A stretch of 64,000 nucleotides of DNA from Candidatus Omnitrophica bacterium UBA6233 (GCA_002440965.1 DJWJ01000016.1:7409-71408), one strand, 5' to 3'; positions 27,461 through 38,156 are shown, counted from the stretch's first letter. Translations and numbers: made by a program. Notes: a model not told the origin generated them from the sequence alone.

Positions 27461-28828
27461 ATGTCTTACCTTAAAGCACTTCAGTATCTGGAATCCCGCA
27501 TTAATTATGAAAAGCTTTCCAAATATCCCTATAAAAAAGCGCTGAGTTTAAAACGCGTCCAGTTTTTTCTGGATACAATCCATAATCCGGAAAGCTTCTT
27601 AAAATCCATCCATATAGCCGGAACCAAGGGTAAGGGTTCAACCTCAGCGTTTATTGCCTATATATTAAGAGAAGCGGGTTACCGGGTAGGGCTTTATACT
27701 TCTCCGCACTTAGTAGATTTTAGAGAGCGGATTAGAATTCTTGCGCCTGGTTCCGCAGAAAAAGAAGATTTTTCCGGGATGATCCCTAGGCGTAAATTCG
27801 CGGAATTAGTTTTCAGGTTAAGGCCTACAATCGAAAAGTATAATCGGGTTTCAAAATACGGTCCGCTTACATATTTCGAAATCTGCACCATAATCGCCCT
27901 GGTTTATTTTAAAGAAGAACACGTTGATTTTGCTGTTCTGGAAACCGGATTAGGGGGAAGGCTGGATGCTACGAATGCAGTTAATCCGTTGGCCAGCATA
28001 ATAACCCCCATAAGTTATGAACATATGGATAAGCTGGGGTATACTTTAACTAAAATAGCGTCGGAAAAAGCCGGAATTATAAAAAGTCAAAAATCCCCGC
28101 CTGTCCGGCAGACAGGAAAAGTCAAAAGTCAAAAATCAACGGTAATCAGTGCCCCACAAACGCAAGAAGCACTGACTGTTATTAGAAGTAAGTGTAAAAA
28201 AGAAAAAGCGAAATTACTGGTCGTGGGAAGAAATATAAAATATGCTGGCACTGAAAATAATTTTAAAGTTATTACTCCCTGCAGGGAATATAAGAATCTG
28301 AAAATAAAGTTAATTGGCGCGCATCAAATAATGAATGCCGCTGTGTCTTTGGGGGCAATTGAATCCTTGCGTTCATCCGGAGTTAAGGTCAGTATTGATT
28401 CTATAAGGGGCGGGCTTTATAATACTCTTTGGCCTGGCAGATGTGAGATTGCGGGCAAAAGGCCGTTTATTATCCTCGATGGCGCGCAAAATTCCGCCTC
28501 TGCCGGAGTTTTAAGCCAGGCAGTCAGGAATAGATTCCGTTATCAGCGCCTTATTCTTGTGCTAGGTATATCCAGTGATAAGGATATGCAAGGCATAGCC
28601 AAGCAACTTTATGCTTTGGCAGATGCGGTTATCTTGACTCAAGCCCGTACTCCGCGCGCAGCTGATGCGCCTGTTCTTAAAAATTATTTTAAGGGTAAAG
28701 AAACTTATGTTACCGAAAGCGTAAGAGAAGCTAAAAAATTGGCTTTAAAGATTTCCCGGAAAGAAGATTTAATTTTGATCACCGGTTCATTATTCGTAGT
28801 GGGCGAGTTTAGAAATGATAAATCATAA
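27461..28828 (+). CDS. folC: folylpolyglutamate synthase / dihydrofolate synthase
   Basis: 'IHIAGTKGKGSTSAF' P-loop, Mur-ligase middle and C-domains. Start at the ATG just after the purH stop. Carries an in-frame copy of the palindromic repeat element. Confidence 0.8.
   Translation: MSYLKALQYLESRINYEKLSKYPYKKALSLKRVQFFLDTIHNPESFLKSIHIAGTKGKGSTSAFIAYILREAGYRVGLYTSPHLVDFRERIRILAPGSAEKEDFSGMIPRRKFAELVFRLRPTIEKYNRVSKYGPLTYFEICTIIALVYFKEEHVDFAVLETGLGGRLDATNAVNPLASIITPISYEHMDKLGYTLTKIASEKAGIIKSQKSPPVRQTGKVKSQKSTVISAPQTQEALTVIRSKCKKEKAKLLVVGRNIKYAGTENNFKVITPCREYKNLKIKLIGAHQIMNAAVSLGAIESLRSSGVKVSIDSIRGGLYNTLWPGRCEIAGKRPFIILDGAQNSASAGVLSQAVRNRFRYQRLILVLGISSDKDMQGIAKQLYALADAVILTQARTPRAADAPVLKNYFKGKETYVTESVREAKKLALKISRKEDLILITGSLFVVGEFRNDKS
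28079..28138. repeat. short palindromic repeat element, copy 2: AAAAGTCAAAAATC..CCGCCTGTCCGGCAGACAGG..AAAAGTCAAAAGTCAAAAATC
   Basis: Related to 10667-10719. In-frame inside folC, encoding 'KSQKSPPVRQTGKVKSQKS'. Confidence 0.7.
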
Positions 28829-30197
28829 TCTTAGCGATACAATCGCGGCTATTTCAACTCCTATAGGCGAAGGCGGGATAGGAATAGTGCGTTTAAGCGG
28901 GGAAAAAGCGTTAAACATCTGCGATAAGATATTTGTTTCCGCGGCAGGGAGAAAACCCTCGGATTTTAAAACCTACACTATGCATTACGGAACTATTGTT
29001 AAAGATGGTAAAGTTATTGATGAGGTTATTCTGACTGTTATGCGCGCTCCGAAATCTTACACCAGAGAGGATGTCGTTGAGATCAACTGTCATGGCGGGA
29101 TCGTCGCTTTACGGGATACGCTTAATCTGGTTTTAGATCAGGGCGCTCGCCCGGCTGAGCCGGGAGAATTTACCAAACGCGCCTTTTTAAACGGCAGGAT
29201 TGATTTGACCCAGGCTGAAGCAGTTTTGGATATAATTCGCGCCAAAACAGATTCAGCTCTAAAAATGGGGATCGAACAGTTAAAAGGCGGATTATCCAGT
29301 CAAATAAATAAACACCGGCAGTCTTTGCTGAGTGTTCTTGCGGAACTGGAAGCTAGTATCGATTTTCCGGAAGAAGAAATTTCTATTTCTGGCCTAAAAT
29401 CGATTTCTAAGAAGATAGAAGAAATAGACAAAGGCTTGGCTAAGTTGATCGAAGGTTCAAAATTAGCCAGGATATTGCGTGAAGGAATTCATGTAGTGAT
29501 TTGTGGTAAACCTAATGTTGGCAAATCATCGCTTTTAAACGCTTTGCTCCAGGAAGAGCGTTCCATCGTAACTCCTATTGCCGGAACCACCCGTGATGCG
29601 ATAGAAGAGATAATTGATATTAAGGGTATTCCCGTCAGGATCGTCGATACAGCCGGCATTTTGGAACCGCGGGATTTGGTGGAGAAGGAAGCGGTAAAAC
29701 GTTCTCAGGAACATATTGCTGCGGCGGATTTAGTTTTGATCATATTTGACGGGAACAAGCGGTTAGCCAAGGAAGATTTGTTTTTAATCTCCAAGTTGAA
29801 GAAAAAGAAGGCGATTGTTTTGGTCAACAAAATCGATCTTAAACAAAAAATCGAGCGGGATAAATTGGCGAAGCTTTTCAAAAATATAATCGGCATATCG
29901 GCGAAAAAAATAAAGAATATAGACCTATTGGAGAATGTAATCGCAGATTTGATATACGGTGGCAATATCGCTACTCCAGAATCGTTGCTGGTGGCAAATT
30001 TAAGATATATCCGGGAGCTGCAAAAAGCAAAGATTGCTATTGCACAGGCGCAAAGTTCGTTAGATAATAACTTATCTGCCGAATTCATCGCTCAGGGGCT
30101 TAAGGAAGGGGTAGAGGTTTTAGATGAAATATTGGGCAAGAGATTTTCTGAAGATCTGTTGGATAAAATATTTTCAGAGTTTTGCATAGGCAAATAA
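28815..30197 (+). CDS. mnmE: tRNA uridine-5-carboxymethylaminomethyl modification GTPase
   Basis: '[14 protein letters not shown]' and 'DTAG', plus the C-terminal 'CIGK' motif. Confidence 0.9.
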   Translation: MINHNLSDTIAAISTPIGEGGIGIVRLSGEKALNICDKIFVSAAGRKPSDFKTYTMHYGTIVKDGKVIDEVILTVMRAPKSYTREDVVEINCHGGIVALRDTLNLVLDQGARPAEPGEFTKRAFLNGRIDLTQAEAVLDIIRAKTDSALKMGIEQLKGGLSSQINKHRQSLLSVLAELEASIDFPEEEISISGLKSISKKIEEIDKGLAKLIEGSKLARILREGIHVVICGKPNVGKSSLLNALLQEERSIVTPIAGTTRDAIEEIIDIKGIPVRIVDTAGILEPRDLVEKEAVKRSQEHIAAADLVLIIFDGNKRLAKEDLFLISKLKKKKAIVLVNKIDLKQKIERDKLAKLFKNIIGISAKKIKNIDLLENVIADLIYGGNIATPESLLVANLRYIRELQKAKIAIAQAQSSLDNNLSAEFIAQGLKEGVEVLDEILGKRFSEDLLDKIFSEFCIGK

Positions 30198-30205
30198 GGA
30201 GAACT

Positions 30206-30763
30206 ATGGATAAGAAAAAGATTGAAAAGGCAATACGCGACATATTGGAAGCAATTGGGGAAGACCCGAAGAAGAAGGATCTTTTAGAAACTCCTAAACG
30301 TGTGGCCGAGATGTATGAAGAAATCTTTGCCGGAATCAAGCTTGATCCCGAAGAAGAACTGGAAGTTATTCTCGATCAGAAACATCATGAAATTATTTTG
30401 CTCAAGGGGATTCCCTTGTATTCGGTATGCGAACACCATCTTTTGCCTTTTATCGGCAAGGCCAGTATAGCATATATACCCAGAAACGGAAGAGTTACGG
30501 GATTAAGCAAGCTCGCCCGGGTGGTTGATATCTTAGCGCGTCGGCCGCAGGTGCAGGAACGCTTGACTACGCAGATTGCCGATATTATCATGTCTAAATT
30601 GAAACCTTTGGGGGTAATGGTGGTTCTTGAAGCAGAGCATCTTTGTATGTCCATGCGGGGGGTGAAAAAACCCGGGACATTAACAGTCACTTCGGCCGTG
30701 CGCGGGATATTCAAAGAAAGCGAGAAAACCCGCTCAGAAGCGTTGGCGTTGATTAAATCTTAA
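30206..30763 (+). CDS. folE: GTP cyclohydrolase I
   Basis: 'CEHHLLPF' active-site motif. RBS AAGGAGAA upstream of the ATG at 30206. Confidence 0.85.
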   Translation: MDKKKIEKAIRDILEAIGEDPKKKDLLETPKRVAEMYEEIFAGIKLDPEEELEVILDQKHHEIILLKGIPLYSVCEHHLLPFIGKASIAYIPRNGRVTGLSKLARVVDILARRPQVQERLTTQIADIIMSKLKPLGVMVVLEAEHLCMSMRGVKKPGTLTVTSAVRGIFKESEKTRSEALALIKS

Positions 30764-30780
30764 TAAGTAAGGGAGGGGGT

Positions 30781-31119
30781 ATGAGACATATAAGCCAGGG
30801 AAAATCCAGCCTCGGGATGGAAGCGAACATAGCCGCTGTCTTAAGCTACCTTTTCGGTTTTATTACCGGCCTTATTTTCTATGCTTTGGAAAAAGAAAAT
30901 AAATTCGTGCGGTTTCATGCCGCGCAGTCGACCATAGCCTTCGGGTTTTTGTTTATGGTAGGCGTTGTGGCAAGATTCCTGCCGTTAGTAGGATTTATAA
31001 TCATGACATTGGTGGGTATAATAGAAATAGTTCTTTGGATTATCCTCATGATTAAAGCCTATCGAGGGGAATATTTTGAACTGCCGATAATCGGCGAATT
31101 TGCCCGAAGAAAATCCTGA
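30781..31119 (+). CDS. DUF4870-family small membrane protein
   Basis: 'AAVLSYLFGFITGLIFY...FVRFHAAQS' and two TM segments. Confidence 0.5.
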   Translation: MRHISQGKSSLGMEANIAAVLSYLFGFITGLIFYALEKENKFVRFHAAQSTIAFGFLFMVGVVARFLPLVGFIIMTLVGIIEIVLWIILMIKAYRGEYFELPIIGEFARRKS

Positions 31120-31240
31120 AGAAAGCGCTTTCTAAAAAATCAAATATAGTCTTGAAACCGGTTCTAAACCTAGGCATACTAGTTATGCGTATTAGAAAGA
31201 TGATTATGTTTGGGGTGGCTGGGGAGGAGGGGGCGATTCG

Positions 31241-31582
31241 ATGTCGGAAAACTATCTTCAAGACAAACGAAAGTCAGTCCGTTTTCTTATTACCATCCCA
31301 ATAAAATATACCAAATTAGACGTAGAATGTTTTGACTCAAAGTATACCCACGATATAAGTTCTCAGGGGCTTGGTGTAATCAGCTCCGAGAAATTACCTT
31401 TGAATACGCCTATAATTCTATGCCTCAAGATTCCCGATAATGGCGAAGAAATAGTGCTTGAAGCCGAGGCCCTCTGGTCAAGACAAATGGCTGATTTGAC
31501 CTATAGGTCGGGCCTGAGAATTAAGAATCCTCCAATTAAACCAATACCTTTGGTGCTGAGGACGATTTATTCCCGATTATAA
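31241..31582 (+). CDS. stand-alone PilZ-domain protein
   Basis: 'RKSVRF' (RxxxR) and 'DISSQGLGV' (DxSxxG) motifs. Confidence 0.55.
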   Translation: MSENYLQDKRKSVRFLITIPIKYTKLDVECFDSKYTHDISSQGLGVISSEKLPLNTPIILCLKIPDNGEEIVLEAEALWSRQMADLTYRSGLRIKNPPIKPIPLVLRTIYSRL

Positions 31583-31588
31583 TGTTAA

Positions 31589-31617
31589 TTGACATGCTTT
31601 CTCCAAAGTAGTATCAT
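31589..31617 (+). promoter_or_regulatory. sigma70-type promoter (-35 TTGACA, 17-nt spacer, -10 TATCAT)
   Basis: TTGACA at 31589-31594 and TATCAT at 31612-31617, with an exact 17-nt spacer. Followed by an A-rich leader to the gene at 31750. Confidence 0.55.
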
Positions 31618-31749
31618 ATCTTAAATCAATTAAACAAATAATGTAAAGCAAGAAAACAAAAGTAAAAAAAGCAAAAACACAAGTTAGAAGTAGAAAATTT
31701 GACTTTTAATTGTGATTTTAAGTTTTGCGCCCCCTACTTCCTAATTAAA

Positions 31750-32763
31750 ATGAAGAAAACCTTATTTTTCATACCTTTAGCCATTCTATTTCTTTCCGGT
31801 TGTTCCACTTATAGCATAAAAAAAGGCGAAACACCCTATAGCAATGGTTTTGTAGTTACCAGATATGACAGGGTAATTCCGGAGTATACCATTGGAAAGA
31901 ATAATTCTGTGCCTGATGAGAAACTTGCCTGGGAGCGCTTTAAAAGACGGAGAGTGGAAGTCGAAAAATACTATAAGAAAATGGGCTATATCGAAAACCG
32001 GTTTAAACAAAATTTTGTTGATCCACCGGTTTTTATCGCTAGAGCTGTCCTCGGCATATTTTGGCTGCCTTCCATCGCGATAAATGACTATAAGTATAAT
32101 CATGATCCGAAATACAAGGACTATGTAGATAAAAAAGAAGATGTTGAATATAAGATTGAAAAGGCACGCACAAAGGCTTTAAAAGAACAGTTAAGTGGTT
32201 ATATCCAGGAAGATTTAGGAAAAGAACAGCCTGCTGTTTCAACAGGGCAGAAACTCGAGCCAGCCCCCGAAGTAAAGAAAAAAGTCGAGCCACCTCCTGA
32301 GGTTAAAGAACCGGTTAAGGAAGAGGTTTCGGTTGAGAAACCAAAACTGGAAAGTCAGGAAGTAGCAGATCCTGAAAAAGTTACCGCTGTTCCTGCGCCA
32401 CAAGCGGTTCCTGAAGCCAGTGTGCAAAAGCCTATAGAGAGAATATCCAAACCGGAACAGGCAATTGAAAAAGAGAGGCCGTCTAAGTCTCCCGTAGCGG
32501 TAATTATTGCCAAGCCGTCTAAGGGGTATTCTCCTTTATTTGTTCAATTCAATGGTTCAAAATCCCATTCTCCCAACGGCAGGATAGTTTCTTATATTTG
32601 GGATTTTGGCGACGGAGATACCTCTACTAAGAAGACTCCCGCCAATAGCTATTGGAGCACGACTTACGGAAAGCCCCGCCAATATACCGCAAAACTTACG
32701 GTAAAAGATGAAAAAGGCCTAACCGGCGAAAGCAGTGTTATCATTGAAGTTCTTACTCCATAG
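31750..32763 (+). CDS. lipoprotein with Pro/Glu/Lys-rich linker and C-terminal PKD domain
   Basis: Lipobox 'LFLSGCST'; low-complexity 'EPAPEVKKKVEPPPEVKEPVKEE'; PKD-like 'FVQFNGSKSHSPNGRIVSYIWDFGDGDTS...YTAKLTVKDEKG'. Confidence 0.6.
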   Translation: MKKTLFFIPLAILFLSGCSTYSIKKGETPYSNGFVVTRYDRVIPEYTIGKNNSVPDEKLAWERFKRRRVEVEKYYKKMGYIENRFKQNFVDPPVFIARAVLGIFWLPSIAINDYKYNHDPKYKDYVDKKEDVEYKIEKARTKALKEQLSGYIQEDLGKEQPAVSTGQKLEPAPEVKKKVEPPPEVKEPVKEEVSVEKPKLESQEVADPEKVTAVPAPQAVPEASVQKPIERISKPEQAIEKERPSKSPVAVIIAKPSKGYSPLFVQFNGSKSHSPNGRIVSYIWDFGDGDTSTKKTPANSYWSTTYGKPRQYTAKLTVKDEKGLTGESSVIIEVLTP

Positions 32764-32778
32764 GATTATTCCATAAGG

Positions 32779-33615
32779 ATGGCTATATCGGGAGAACCCC
32801 AGACAGAAAATCAGAGAAAGCCCGTTACTTTTATAAACAGCATTTTTCCACTTGTTATTTTCATTTTTGGTTTTTTCCCTGTCATCTCCCAGGCTGACAT
32901 AACAAAGTCTTCCTGGCAGACCAATAAATCCCAACATTTCATTATTTATCATCAGGGCGTTCAGCCGGCGCTAGTCGATGACTTGATTAGCAAGGCCGAA
33001 TTTTATTATAACAGTATAGTTGATGATCTTGGTTACCGCAGATTTGATTTCTGGAGTTGGGATAATCGCGCCAAGATTTATCTTTACAGGGATGCTGGTG
33101 AGTTCCAGAGAGAGACCCAGAATTCTTCTTGGGCAGGAGCGGTGGTTTCCGTAAACAGCCGGGTAATTAAAACATATGTGGGGCAAAGCGGATTTTTTGA
33201 TTCCATACTTCCTCATGAAATGACGCACATAATCTTTCGTGAATTCATAGGTAAGAATATTCAACTCCCTCTTTGGATCGATGAAGGGGTCGCCAGCTCT
33301 CAGGAACAAAGCAATCTTAATTTACGTTTACAAAAAGCCAAGGAGCTAATCAAACAAAACAAATATGTTGAGCTTAATGCGCTCTCCGGAGTTGTTAAAC
33401 CGGATGACAACATGGAGCCCGGAGTTTTTTATTCAGAAGCCGCGTCGGTGATTGTTTTTCTTCTTCGCGAGAAAGGAAAGGAAGATTTTCTTCGTTTTAG
33501 CCGGATGCTTCGCGATGGAACAGATTGGAAAAAAGCCCTGTTAAAGTCATTCAATTTTATTAACTTCCAGGATTTTGAAGCCGAATGGAAGAATTTTGTC
33601 CTGCAGCAGTATTAA
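32779..33615 (+). CDS. putative HExxH zinc metallopeptidase (Peptidase_MA-like), N-terminal signal/TM
   Basis: 'ILPHEMTHIIF' HExxH motif with a downstream 'IDEG'; N-terminal hydrophobic segment. Confidence 0.4.
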   Translation: MAISGEPQTENQRKPVTFINSIFPLVIFIFGFFPVISQADITKSSWQTNKSQHFIIYHQGVQPALVDDLISKAEFYYNSIVDDLGYRRFDFWSWDNRAKIYLYRDAGEFQRETQNSSWAGAVVSVNSRVIKTYVGQSGFFDSILPHEMTHIIFREFIGKNIQLPLWIDEGVASSQEQSNLNLRLQKAKELIKQNKYVELNALSGVVKPDDNMEPGVFYSEAASVIVFLLREKGKEDFLRFSRMLRDGTDWKKALLKSFNFINFQDFEAEWKNFVLQQY

Positions 33616-33872
33616 AAGTAAGTTATTTTCATCGTCCGCAAGCAGTTCATTTGCTTACGACCCCCAGCAAAATCTCCTTAGTTAGTTTATAAGTTTTTAA
33701 ACGCCTAGAATTTCTCTTGAGTGATAATCGCGAGGTTCGGGCAATAGTTATAATGAGCAAAGTCTATGCTTGGAACTATCTGAAAATAAGATAGTTGTAA
33801 CTATTCTCTTGTGTTATATTATATATGCATAAAGTGATAAAGCAGATTGAAATGTATTCTAAGGGAATATAA

Positions 33873-35534
33873 ATGCGGAAAATCTTGATTATTAGTAAAA
33901 GCGCTTTGCTGTTTAGTTTTATTTTATCAGCATCTTTTTTGTTAAGGATGACACCTTCTAAAGGGTGCGTTCTTGAGTTTGTTTCTGACAGCGCCTTCAA
34001 TTATCGCATGACCGCATCGGTTATTCAAAAGGGGTCCGTACCTATAATTGATCGCTTGAGTATTTATCCTGAAGGCAAAAACATAAGAAATTTTCTTCCC
34101 ATCGGGCTTTACCATGCAGGAGCAGTTTTTCACAGGTTTTTAAATATCTTTAGGCAAATCCCGCTTAATGAATCTTTGCTGATTTTTGCCGCTTTTTTTA
34201 GTTCCTTGATTTGCGTCCCTGTTTATTTCTTATCGTTAGAGATCTATAGAAATGAAAAAATAATAGCCTTCCTTTGTGCGTTTTTATCCGCGATTATCCC
34301 CGCTTATCTGCATAGGACGTTCTGTTATATGTATAGATATGAAGTGCTGGCTGCGCCGTTACTTTTTATGAGTTTGCTATTTTTTATCATGGCCTTTAGA
34401 GAGAATAACGGTAAGCTGCGGTTTACTTGTTATTTTGGGACGTCCCTTTTTTGGCTGATGTTAGCTTCTTGGGTTTGGAGGCTGTATGTTTTATTCTTAA
34501 TTGCCTATCTTATCAGTATCGCTTATCTTTGTCTGAAACGCCGAAATTTGCTCGGAAATGAATGGATAAAAATTATTATTTCCGGGGTATGCGTTCTGCT
34601 GTTATTTTTCGCATTGGGCTTGGCTCAAATCCCGAGATATTCCGGATTGCCGTATCTCCGGACTTTTTTTGAGGTTTTCATACAACGCCTGTATCCTCCG
34701 TATAATTTTAGTCAATTCTCCAAAGTTATTTATTACGTAAACGAATTGTCAGGAGTTAGTATCTTAGGACTATTGGGGACTAAGTTTCTGTCTTTTTCAG
34801 GAGTATTCGCTATTTTTTACTTATACGCCTGCTTTAGAAAACAGAAGTTTAATCCGCAAAAATTTATTTTGCAGTTTTTCATAATCCTTTTCCTCGTGCT
34901 CACCCTGCTTTTTTCGAGATTCAAGATAATCTTGGGGCCCTTGATCGCTTTGTCTTTGGGAGAAAGTCTGTTTTTTGTTTTTCATAATTACAGGGGAATA
35001 ATGAAGAAGATTTTATTGGGTCTTTTGGTCATAATTTTTGTTAAAACAGGGTGTGATGCCTGGAGATTGGCCAGTACGAGATTTAAATATGCCGGTATGG
35101 ATGCCGAATTAAAGCAAGTTATCTCGGCGGTGAATAGGTTGACCTCGAAAAACGCCGTGATACTTTGCGATTGGGGGCAGGGTTATTCCATTCAGACGTA
35201 TTGTAATCGTCCGACAATAACCGACGGCCTCTTGGAGAGCCCGGAGATAATCAAAAGAATTATAAGGGTGGCCAAGGTTTTCAACTCTTATGATGAACAG
35301 GCGCTACGGTTGTTTTGTAAGGAGTATGGTGTAACTCATATCTTGGTTGCCAAAAGGTTGGATTACGCATTTGCATATTCACAATATTCAGGCCGCGGTT
35401 TTACCATGGGCAAGGGCGCTAACGATAAGGACGTGCCCTTAATATATAAATTATTTTATCGTTCGCCCGATTTAAAAAGAATCGATTTCTTGTATGAAAA
35501 TAAAGGATTTATTTTATTCGCGCTGAAAGATTGA
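33873..35534 (+). CDS. polytopic membrane glycosyltransferase with STT3/PglB/AglB-like 'WWDYG' region (putative oligosaccharyltransferase)
   Basis: About 11 predicted TM helices. 'CDWGQGYSIQTYCNRPTITDG' aligns to PglB '[21 protein letters not shown]' (G-Y-x3-x-Y-x4-T-x2-DG pattern). Confidence 0.4.
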   Translation: MRKILIISKSALLFSFILSASFLLRMTPSKGCVLEFVSDSAFNYRMTASVIQKGSVPIIDRLSIYPEGKNIRNFLPIGLYHAGAVFHRFLNIFRQIPLNESLLIFAAFFSSLICVPVYFLSLEIYRNEKIIAFLCAFLSAIIPAYLHRTFCYMYRYEVLAAPLLFMSLLFFIMAFRENNGKLRFTCYFGTSLFWLMLASWVWRLYVLFLIAYLISIAYLCLKRRNLLGNEWIKIIISGVCVLLLFFALGLAQIPRYSGLPYLRTFFEVFIQRLYPPYNFSQFSKVIYYVNELSGVSILGLLGTKFLSFSGVFAIFYLYACFRKQKFNPQKFILQFFIILFLVLTLLFSRFKIILGPLIALSLGESLFFVFHNYRGIMKKILLGLLVIIFVKTGCDAWRLASTRFKYAGMDAELKQVISAVNRLTSKNAVILCDWGQGYSIQTYCNRPTITDGLLESPEIIKRIIRVAKVFNSYDEQALRLFCKEYGVTHILVAKRLDYAFAYSQYSGRGFTMGKGANDKDVPLIYKLFYRSPDLKRIDFLYENKGFILFALKD

Positions 35535-35974
35535 TTTTGTTGGGTCAGTTTGTGATATAACTTTTCCTGCCGCCAAAATACTTGATTTTCCCGCGGATTT
35601 GGTGTATAAACACAAGCGTATTGTTTGAATAAGCGCATATTTGAAAAATACAGAGTTTAATAAAGATTAATTCTGGCATATCCACTAAAAAATATTTATA
35701 TGCGCTTTTGAAGTTTTGTATTAAAGGAATAGAGATTATGCCGATAGCGATACCTGAGCCTAAAATATCCGGAACCTCTCTGTATAACTGTAATTTCAAT
35801 TTTCTTATCAGCCGAGAATTTTTTACCATCCTTCCATTGCAACTAAAAGTTCCTTCAAAGTTTTGCCTGGCCCTCGTGGATTTAAACTTTGGTTTCGTCG
35901 TCTAGTTTTCGCCGAATATGAGGTAGGCATATATTAGTGAAACAGCCGCCTCGGGATTTTCCAAGAGATAAAAA

Positions 35975-37648
35975 ATGGCAGAAAAAGCTAAAATACTCAT
36001 AATTGGGGCGGGAAAATGCGGAAGAGCGCTTGTAGAGTTATTTTCCAAAATCGAAAAAATAACTATTATAGGCGTGGTTGATTTCAATCAAGATGCCCCC
36101 GGAATTAAACTAGCCAAAGCCTTAAATATCCCGACAGCGGTTGATTATAGGGAGTTTATGAATAGGGCGGGGCTTAGTTGTATATTCAATTCTACGGGAA
36201 AAGCTCAGATTGAGGAAGAGCTTATGCTGAGCAAGCCCGCGGGTGTTGAGGTGTTAGGCGGCTGTAGCGTAAATCTAATACAGGAACTTATCGAAGAGCG
36301 CGAAAAAGTAGAGCAACAATTAAAGGGATTAGCCGAAAGGCGCGATAATGTTGTAGATAATATTGGTGTTGGCGCAATTCCTATAAACCCGAAGATGGAA
36401 ACCCCGGATTTTAACAAACAAATTAAGAAAGATGAAGATTTAGGGAAAAAGGATAAGATTATAGAGTCTATAATTCAGAATTCCGCGGTTGCCACCTTTG
36501 TCATTAATTCTCAACACAAAGTTCTTTATTGGAATGTGGCCTGTGAAGAGCTTACCGGCACGAAAGCGAAAGATTTGCTGGGCACCAGCGATCACTGGAA
36601 AGCTTTTTATAGCTACCAGCGTCCTTGCGTTGCCGATATAGTTATTGATAATAGCTTTGTTGATTTGGATAAGTTTTATAAAGTCTATCAGGGTTCTACG
36701 CTTATACCCAACGGTTTGCACGCAGAAGACTGGTATCCTAAATTAGGTGGTAGAGACAGGTATATAGTATTTGATGCTGCACCTATATATGACACCGAAG
36801 GAAAGTTAATAGCTGCTATCGAGACATTACAAGATATTACCGAGCGCAAAAAGGCGGAAGATGAGCTTAAAAAGGCGTATACCAGGTTAAAAGAGATGCA
36901 GAATCAGGTCATCCAAGCGGAAAAATTGAATACAATAGGCCAACTGGCTAGCGGGGTAGCGCATGAAGTAAGAAACCCTCTGGGAATAATATTGCAAGGA
37001 GTTAACTACCTGGAAAACAAAATACCGGTTAAAGAAGGAGATATTTCTGAAACCTTAACCATGCTTAAAGACAGTGTAAAAAGGGCAGATAAGATTATAA
37101 ATACCCTTTTAGATTTCTCCAGATTTACGAATCTGGATCTGAGGCCGGAAGATATAAATTCTATTCTAGAAAGTTCTTTAAGTTTGGTAAAAATCAAGTT
37201 TGAATCAAAGAATATTGATATCATACCGGAAATCAAAAAAGACGTGCCCAAGGTGCTGGCCGATAGAAACAAATTAGAACAAGTGTTCGTTAATATATTT
37301 TTGAATGCGATTCAAGCCATGCCTGAAGGCGGCAATATTACGATCCGTAGTTATGGTAAAAAGTTAGAGGGGATAGAAAACGGGACAAGCAGAAGAGAAG
37401 AAGGTTATTTTATGATTGGAGAGAAGGTTGTAGTAGTTGAAATCGAAGATACTGGCGTTGGCATTCCTGAAGAAAATCTGAAAAAAGTATTCGAACCATT
37501 TTTTACCACAAAAGGTTCAACCGGTGGCGTAGGTTTAGGACTGTCCGTAACCAAGAACATAATCCATATGCACAGAGGGATTATATATGCAGAAAGCAGA
37601 TTCGGCCAGGGGGCTAAAGTGACAGTTATCTTAAAAATAGCCGAGTGA
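35975..37648 (+). CDS. cytoplasmic sensor histidine kinase with N-terminal Rossmann-like (GAGKCG) domain, PAS domain, HisKA and HATPase_c
   Basis: 'ILIIGAGKCGRAL' dinucleotide-binding-like N-terminus; PAS region; H-box 'ASGVAHEVRNPLGII'; N/G boxes 'NIFLNAIQAM' and 'GLGLSV'. Confidence 0.75.
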   Translation: MAEKAKILIIGAGKCGRALVELFSKIEKITIIGVVDFNQDAPGIKLAKALNIPTAVDYREFMNRAGLSCIFNSTGKAQIEEELMLSKPAGVEVLGGCSVNLIQELIEEREKVEQQLKGLAERRDNVVDNIGVGAIPINPKMETPDFNKQIKKDEDLGKKDKIIESIIQNSAVATFVINSQHKVLYWNVACEELTGTKAKDLLGTSDHWKAFYSYQRPCVADIVIDNSFVDLDKFYKVYQGSTLIPNGLHAEDWYPKLGGRDRYIVFDAAPIYDTEGKLIAAIETLQDITERKKAEDELKKAYTRLKEMQNQVIQAEKLNTIGQLASGVAHEVRNPLGIILQGVNYLENKIPVKEGDISETLTMLKDSVKRADKIINTLLDFSRFTNLDLRPEDINSILESSLSLVKIKFESKNIDIIPEIKKDVPKVLADRNKLEQVFVNIFLNAIQAMPEGGNITIRSYGKKLEGIENGTSRREEGYFMIGEKVVVVEIEDTGVGIPEENLKKVFEPFFTTKGSTGGVGLGLSVTKNIIHMHRGIIYAESRFGQGAKVTVILKIAE

Positions 37649-37742
37649 TGCAGCGGATAGGCAAGATTATCGCTAGCAAAAATGGTTCTTATAAAATATA
37701 TTAATTTTTTCCTTAAGGATTATAGAAGGAGATAAACCAAAA

Positions 37743-38117
37743 ATGGACAGGAAAAGAATATTGGTTATTGATGACGAAGAAAATTTTACAAAATTGATAA
37801 AATGGAATCTCGAGAAAACCGGAAAATATGAAATTAGGGTGGAGAATAGCGGATTGCTCGGTTTTTCTGCCACAAAAGAATTCAAGCCGCATTTAATCTT
37901 GTTAGATATCTCAATGCCGGATATGGACGGTAGCGAGGTAGCGTTTCAGTTGAAGTGTGATGAAGATACCAAAGATATACCCATAGTGTTTTTAACTGCG
38001 GTGGCTAAGAAGGAGGAGGTAGAAGCAAACAGCGGCATTATTGGCGGGCATCCCTTTATAGCCAAGCCGGTGGAATTAGAGCAGCTTATTGATGTTATTG
38101 AGAGAAATGTTTATTGA
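37743..38117 (+). CDS. single-domain response regulator (CheY-like receiver)
   Basis: 'ILVIDDEE' and 'ILLDISMPDMDG', with a conserved Lys region; 124 aa. Confidence 0.8.
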   Translation: MDRKRILVIDDEENFTKLIKWNLEKTGKYEIRVENSGLLGFSATKEFKPHLILLDISMPDMDGSEVAFQLKCDEDTKDIPIVFLTAVAKKEEVEANSGIIGGHPFIAKPVELEQLIDVIERNVY

Positions 38118-38156
38118 GACCGGAGCAATCCCCCTTGGATTAAATAAACGTTTGTT

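Noticed and set aside
32239-32340. Apparent DNA repeat 'gaagtaaagaaaaaagtcgagccacctcctgaggttaaagaaccggttaag'
   Set aside because: Reflects a low-complexity Pro/Glu/Lys/Val linker within the PKD lipoprotein, not an independent repeat element or CRISPR array.
36440-36721. 93-aa antisense ORF inside the histidine kinase gene
   Set aside because: Fully contained antisense to a strongly supported CDS with no independent signal.
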